From assembly GCA_032718475.1 (NCBI GenBank), contig JAUCBJ010008853.1:1-64000 (forward strand): 64,000 nt of DNA. The letters run 5' to 3'. Positions 57,910 through 64,000 of this stretch are shown here, piece by piece. Position 1 is the stretch's first letter; the number at the start of each line of letters is the position of its first letter. Below the pieces are notes generated by a model. That model searched no databases. It saw nothing but the letters and a program-made list of their open reading frames with translations, and was not told where the DNA came from. Position numbers and translations under genes: made by a program. The DNA is from Nemertoderma westbladi (taxonomy: Eukaryota; Animalia; Xenacoelomorpha).

Positions 57910-60900
57910 CTAAGGTGCTCCCTCTAGTAGGCAGCACTTCCCTACAGCCCTCCTGTAGGTCTTCCTATCTTTCGCTCCTATCTTACCACCTATCCGCACT
58001 TCTACCGATCGGACTCTTCCGTCCTCGCCGGAGTAAGTGCCCACAACTCTCGCCAACCGCCATTGGTTGTTGATGATGGTATCGTCCGTGACGATCACCA
58101 GATCACCCTCCTTTAGCTCTCTATTCGTATCCCTCCACTTGCTTCTCCTATGGAGCGTGGGTAGATATTCCTCGACCCACCTCCTCCAGTACTCTGCGCT
58201 TATTGCCTTAGCGACTTTCCAACTCTGTCGGGAGTGTATATCGTCTGGGTCTACACCCCACATGTCGATGGTCGCCGGCCTCTCCATTAGAAAGTGACTG
58301 GGCGTCAGCACATCTAATGACTCTGGGTCATCATTTTCTGGATATAGCGGTCTGCTATTAATGATACCCTCACATTTTGCTAGTACCGTCCTTAGTACGT
58401 CCTCGGTAACCATGTGGGTGTTCATCAACTTCGTCATCAGATGCTTGGAACTACCCACGAGTCTCTCGACGCATCCTAGAGTATGCGGAGCATACGGCGT
58501 CCTCCTCTCCCACTTCACCTGTTGTCTTCTCATGGCTGCCCTGACTTCCTCCCCTTCCAGGATATCCAAGGCCGCTGCCATCCCATTCTCTGCCCCCACA
58601 AAGTTGGTTCCGTTATCGGAGTATATTACTGCGATCGTCCCACCTTTGCGGTCTCTGAACCTTTCTAGGGCATTAATGAATGCCGATGCGGTTGCATCTT
58701 GGGTGAGTTCTATCCCTACCGCTCGCGTGTTGTTACATACGAAGATAATACCGTAGCGTTTCTCCGTGTGTCGCATCACCTTAATCTTTATCGGCCCGAA
58801 CATATCCACACCGCAGTGCGTGAATGGCGGGTCATGTTGTCTCACTCTGCTGGCCGGTAGTGGCACCATCTCCTGTATGGCCCGCTCCTTCTTCGTTCGT
58901 CGGCAGGTCTGGCACTGCCCCACTACTGCCTCTACCTTCTTCCTTAACTGTTTGACCCAAAAGGTCCTTCGTATCTCCGTGAGGGTTCGGTTGGTGCCCC
59001 CATGCAATATCGACTTATGGGAGTCCCAGATGATCTGGTGGACTATCGGCGATCCATTAGGGATGATGATGGGCTTTGGCGGAATGATAATACTGTTGTT
59101 ACTCAACACCCTAGAGTTCATTACTAAGATCCTGTCATCATTGAGTTGTGGCGACAGCGCGATCAGCTCACTGTCCCGTCGGAGATGCTGTTGTCTACCG
59201 ACGCATTCCACCTTGTCGCTGTAATTCTTTCTCTGTTCATAGCGGATAACGGCTTTGGCCGCTCCCTCCAGATCGATGGTTGTTCTAATTTTTACGTCTT
59301 TGCCGACTCCCTTGAGGAAATCCCCGAAGGCTCTGCAGTACGCCACTAACTTCTTGGTCTTGTACCAACTAGAGCTGTAGCTAAGGAGTTTGTCCGTCGG
59401 GTTATCGCACAGTTCTTCCGATTTTAGTTGCACGTCCCTTATCTCCCTCACCATCTGGCTATATATTTCCTCACCTTCTGAATCTCCTCCCTCTTCCTCT
59501 AACGCTACTTGCTCTGCGCCCGGGTCCACCTTTCTCATCGGCGGCCAGGCTGTCTTATCATTTAGTAATTGCGGCCCATGCTGCCACAATACTTCCTTCT
59601 TAAAGAAAGTGTGGCATGCCACGCCCCTCGATAACAAGTCTGCTGGGTTCTCGTCCATTGGGCAGTAGTGCCACCTTTCTAACTCTGTGGTCGCCCTTAT
59701 TTCGTCCACCCTGTTTGCGACGAATATAGGGTATCTCGTCCTTTCGTTATGTAGCCAACCAAGCACTACCATGGAATCCGTCCAGTAGTGTGTTTCCACT
59801 ATGTTGGGAATAGCGCCCATCAAGTAGGCTGTGGCCCTAACTCCTAACCTCGCAGCTGTCAACTCGAGTTTCGGAACTGATGCTGAATCTGGTGGCGTCG
59901 ACTTCGCTTTGCTGAATGCGAGTCTGGGCTTGTGAGCCCCCTCTCATTGTACTAAGTAGAGTGCCGCTCCGTATGCCTCTAATGATGCATCGGAAAACAT
60001 GTGTAGATCCAGATTCATCATGTCCCCATCCGGGAAATACACGCGTGGCATGCTGTATGTTCCCATCTGCTCTAAACTCTCTGTCCACTTACACCACTGC
60101 TTGCTGATCTCTTCCGGTACCTCTGTGTCCCACTCGTCCTTTAGTTTGTATACTCTCTTGAGTATCTGTTTCCCCGTGACTAATAATGGGGATGCTAGGC
60201 CTAGGGGATCGTATATCCTTGCTATGTACGAAACATAGCCCCTCTTTGTGTGGATGTCTGCGCCCTCCTGATTCAACTGGTATTTCAACTTGTCTGTCTC
60301 TCGGTTCCACACGATCCCTAGTGCCTTCTGTTGGGACTCTACTCTCTTGTTCGCCATGTCCTGTCCCTTGGCTGTCGTGGGATTATCCATGGTCGACTCT
60401 GGCCTCCTGTCCTCTATGGCTTTCATGAACTCTTGCGAGCTGGATTGGAACTTGGTTAGGTTGAACCCGGATCCTTTTAGGATGTCGCGAACCTCGCACC
60501 CCGTATCCAGTAGTTCCTTAACCGTATTTCCAGACTCCATCCCGTCGTCTACATAGAAGCCGCGTCGAATCATATCAACGGCTTTGTCGCTGAATTTATC
60601 TTCCTTCCCTTCTACTGTGTCTCTTACGGCCACAGTCGTCGTAAATGAAGACGACTTGGCTCCCATATTCTGTACTACCATCTTATACATCGGTATGGTC
60701 GACGGTTCCTCGTCGCCGTGTACCATAGAACGTCGCTGTCGCTATCCTCTTCCGTTACACGGACTTGGTTGAACATGCCTTCGATGTCGCAGGTGAAGGC
60801 GTGTTTCCCGTTCCTGAATCTAAGTAAGACCTCTATCCCTGAGTTGTAGATATTGGGACCCTCCAGCAGATAATCGTTTAGGCATTTGCCGTTGGTCTTA

Positions 60901-63141
60901 GCTGATGCGTCAACTACCATCCGCAGTTTACCTTTCTTCGGGTCTAGAGCCACGTGGAGTGGCAGGTAATAGGTCCTGTCCGTGTTTGGTTCGTCGACCG
61001 GTAGCTCTACGGCCCATCCTTTCTCGACATACTTCCTAATCGTCTTATGAATGTACTCATTCTTTTCGGGGCTCCGTTTTAGCGTCTGCTTCAACTTACG
61101 AAGCCTCGTGAGTACCATTCCTCTGTTGTCGGGTAGCGGTAGCTTCGGTAGCTTCCATACCATTCCTATGGTATACCGCCCCTCGTCGCACCTCATCGAC
61201 TCCTTTACGCTCTGTAGAGCCTGTTTATCTTCTACCGAGGTTCCGACCCCGGTCTCTTTTAATCCCTCAAAATCCTGCCTGAGCAGTCTCCTGAGCTGCT
61301 CCTCCGCTCCCTCATCTCCCATCTCTCGCATAGTTCCCGCGAACATGCAGCCTGATGTCTCCGACATCCTAAATGGTATCTTGCTCTTAATTGGGCCGCT
61401 CAGCGTCCACCCGAATGGTGTTAAAATCGCCACCGGGTCACACTGCCTGTCTTCGCCGAAGACCGTTTGCATTCTCTCGTGGGCCGTCGGGCAGTCCATT
61501 CCTACTATAATGGATACCTTCCTAACGTCCACCTCTGGGATTGAGAAGTCGATACTGTCCAGGAATTTATATTGTTCGACCTCGATGTTGGTTGGCCGCC
61601 TGGCGTTGATATTTATCGACTCTATCACCTGGATGGGGTCGATGGTCGCCCCATAGTCGCATCCTGGTGCTATCGCTGCTATCGCGCACCGTCCGGTCCT
61701 CATCTCCAGGACCTCATCTTTGCTGGAGATGGTTGTTACCGCCATTCTACTTGGCCTCGTTCTCAATCCTATCTCTTCGGCCACCCAGTTCTCGACTAAT
61801 GTGAAGGCTGCTCCACTGTCGACCAGCATCAGTGTGGTCACTGATCGATTGCCTTCCCCGATCACTCGCACTGGTACTACCCCAAGTAGTACCGTTCCTC
61901 TCTTCTTTGCCCCTACGGTGCTCGTTGCCATCGTCTGACCTTTACTTTGACCGAACTTAATTGGCGTTTCCTTGCATTGGTTGGCTCTATGTCCACTCAT
62001 CACACATCGTGAGCAGATTTCATTTCTTCTCGCGTATTCTACCTGATCTTCCCTGGGTAGCGCTTGCCAGTACCTGCAGTTCATGGTCTGATGAAGTGCA
62101 TTTGTGATGTAATTGGCATTTGCTCTTTGGGTTGTAGCCGTCCTTATAAAGTGCGTTGCATATCGCACTTATGTTTGTACCAAAGTCCCTACTATTCTTA
62201 TTGTTTGGGTTCGGCCTACTGGGCGTGCTGGGGTTATGTTTATTTGTGTTGTTATTTTTCCCCTGTCCGCTCCATGATGTGGTCTTACCCCCGGCTACTT
62301 GTGGACTAGCAGTCCCCTGCGTTGCTGCGTACGGCAGTGACTGTCTGAGCTTTGGCAATGCGTTCGACGCGTTGTGTTCTGGTTTCGGTCTGTGGTAATC
62401 GGTCTTTGGTCCCTTTCCCAGGCTATCCTCGCTATAGACTGGGTCTGTTATTAATTCGGCTTCATAGTTCAAGAAGCTCGACATTTCTTCTAAACCCGGT
62501 TCCGCACCCTTCTTATCTCGAGTGGTGAAAGCGATTTTCCTCCACTTATTACGCATCCAGATCGGCAGTGCCTGTGCTATCGTGGTGATGTTGTTAGACG
62601 CGTTGAGTTCGTATGGTGCGTCTAGCGTCTTTAGTACGATTAGCGCCTTCTCAACCTTGTTCGCAAACGTCTTTATGCTAACGGGATTATCCTGTAGGCC
62701 ACCCGATGTTATACCTCTCAGGGTCTGCCGGATGATCTTGGCCGGGTGCCCGTACTCCCTGTCTAATGCCCGCCATGCTGTCGTGAAGCCGCCCTCGATA
62801 CCCTGGTATTGCCTCACGATATCGTATGCTGGGCATCCTGTATATACTTGTAGATATTTTAGGCACTCCGCCTGCGTCAAGTTCTTTGTTAGTATTTCGT
62901 TACTATACATGCGCCGAAACTGTAGGTATTCTTCCGGCCTACTTCCATCGAATTTGAATGGTTCCACGGGTGGTAACTCGATCCTAGTTTTTAATGCATC
63001 GATTAATGTAGCCATTCCCATCGCTTGCGCTTCCAATGGGTTCGATGGATGCCATATAGGTTCTCCCATTGGGTGCGGTCCGTTCGTCCTGTCTGACGCT
63101 TTTCTTTGACTTATATCATTGGGGGTAGCGGCCCCCTGCAT
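57910..63141 (-). pseudogene. gag-pol: BEL/Pao gag-pol of element 4, broken by a few frameshifts
   Basis: Gag KFDGS..EYLQF, protease LVDSGA, YYLPLHV, DIEGMFNQV, RT FYVDDG, RNase H FSDAS/WTDSM/NPADLLSRG, integrase HGG..CQTC/GVDMFGP/SDNGTNF/ERLV. Confidence 0.93.
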
Positions 63142-63447
63142 ATTTTAGTGTCGCACGATCTATTCTTATCCCTATTGGGGTATATTGTTGATATTGTGAT
63201 GGGGGAATGTCACCCTGCCCCCCCCCCCCCCCCCACCGGTATGTTTGATACTGGGGTTGATGTTAATATATTGGGGCCCATACACCTATCCACAATAATT
63301 CTCCCCTCCCCTGGGTATATGTTATGTCCTTGCATGCTGTAGTCATACTGCTGTGCTGGTACCGGTATAGGCCTATCCACTTCTGGCCTACCTGCCGGTA
63401 TATACTCCGCGACTTCCGGGTTTAGTCCCGTCGTCCGCGCTATCCTA

Positions 63448-63850
63448 TTGCTTACATTATCTCTCCCAGCATGGCCTATGGTATGTGGGGCGAGACACGC
63501 AGTCGGCGAGCCTTGGCATACGGTTCATATAGGGCAAATGGGGCATGTCCATCTGTCTGTCTGTCTGGCTGTCTGTCTGTCTGGTAAATGTTTGAACGCG
63601 AATTTCTCTGCATCGCTGGTTCGGAATTGAACCAAACTTAGTAGGTAAGTAGTATAGAAAAAGTTTAGAAAGTTTGTAAAGTTTGGTGAAAAATCATGCA
63701 GTCTGACGTCAGCTACGACAGATTATGTGGTTTTTAGAAAATGTTAAATTTCTCGGGAAGGCCTCATTTTCCTGAGCTTAAATTTTGGTGGCCTGTAGAG
63801 AATCATGAAGTCTATCTTTTACGAAATTGAAAAGTTAAGACATTTAATTG
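63448..63850 (+). mobile_element. Possible DINE/Helentron-like non-autonomous element truncating BEL 4
   Basis: (GTCT)n microsatellite followed by CGCGAATTTCTC...ACCAAACTT, a layout typical of such elements. Termini not defined. Confidence 0.35.
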
Positions 63851-64000
63851 GGGATCCGCTAGAGACTCAGAAGTAATGACATAGGCCTACCGGTACGGTA
63901 CTGCTGTACAGTGCTGCACTGGTAAGTACGAAATTGCAGAATAACAATTTGACACCACCTAGCGGATTAACATATGATTGTATATCGAATGAATACATTT

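Larger units (their letters stand above)
51959..63447 (-). mobile_element. BEL/Pao LTR retrotransposon 4 (5'-truncated) with accessory ORF and duplicated 3' end
   Basis: gag-pol at 57910-63141, tandem-repeat spacer, second ORF at 54188-56596, PPT GATAGCATGGGGGGAG and LTR-like units ending at 53365 and 52539. Confidence 0.88.

Overview
Repeat-dense, AT-rich eukaryotic (most likely invertebrate animal) genomic DNA with no rRNA, tRNA or CRISPR features seen. It is dominated by four BEL/Pao LTR retrotransposons: (1) the 3' end plus LTR of one at 1-1737 (+); (2) a complete, very young non-autonomous element at 6771-18525 (-) with 1221-bp LTRs, an AACTG target-site duplication and one gag-protease ORF lacking RT and integrase core; (3) a decayed gag-pol element at about 29095-38430 (-); (4) a frameshifted gag-pol element at about 51959-63447 (-) with an extra downstream ORF. 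Other content includes an intronless 12-finger C2H2 gene (23889-25421), a 5'-truncated CRE-clade RLE retrotransposon joined to a 16-bp satellite (43048-45109), a decayed hAT-like transposase gene, LINE fragments, MITE-like pieces, minisatellites and a minimal hammerhead ribozyme. The two most notable observations are an accessory ORF in BEL element 4 that reads as a WRN/EXD/Mut-7-type DEDDy 3'-5' exonuclease fused to three CCHC zinc knuckles, and a non-tRNA-looking primer-binding site in BEL element 2 that is the exact 12-nt complement of a conserved motif inside its own LTR, suggesting Tf1-like self-priming. All family assignments come from motif recognition by eye, not database searches.
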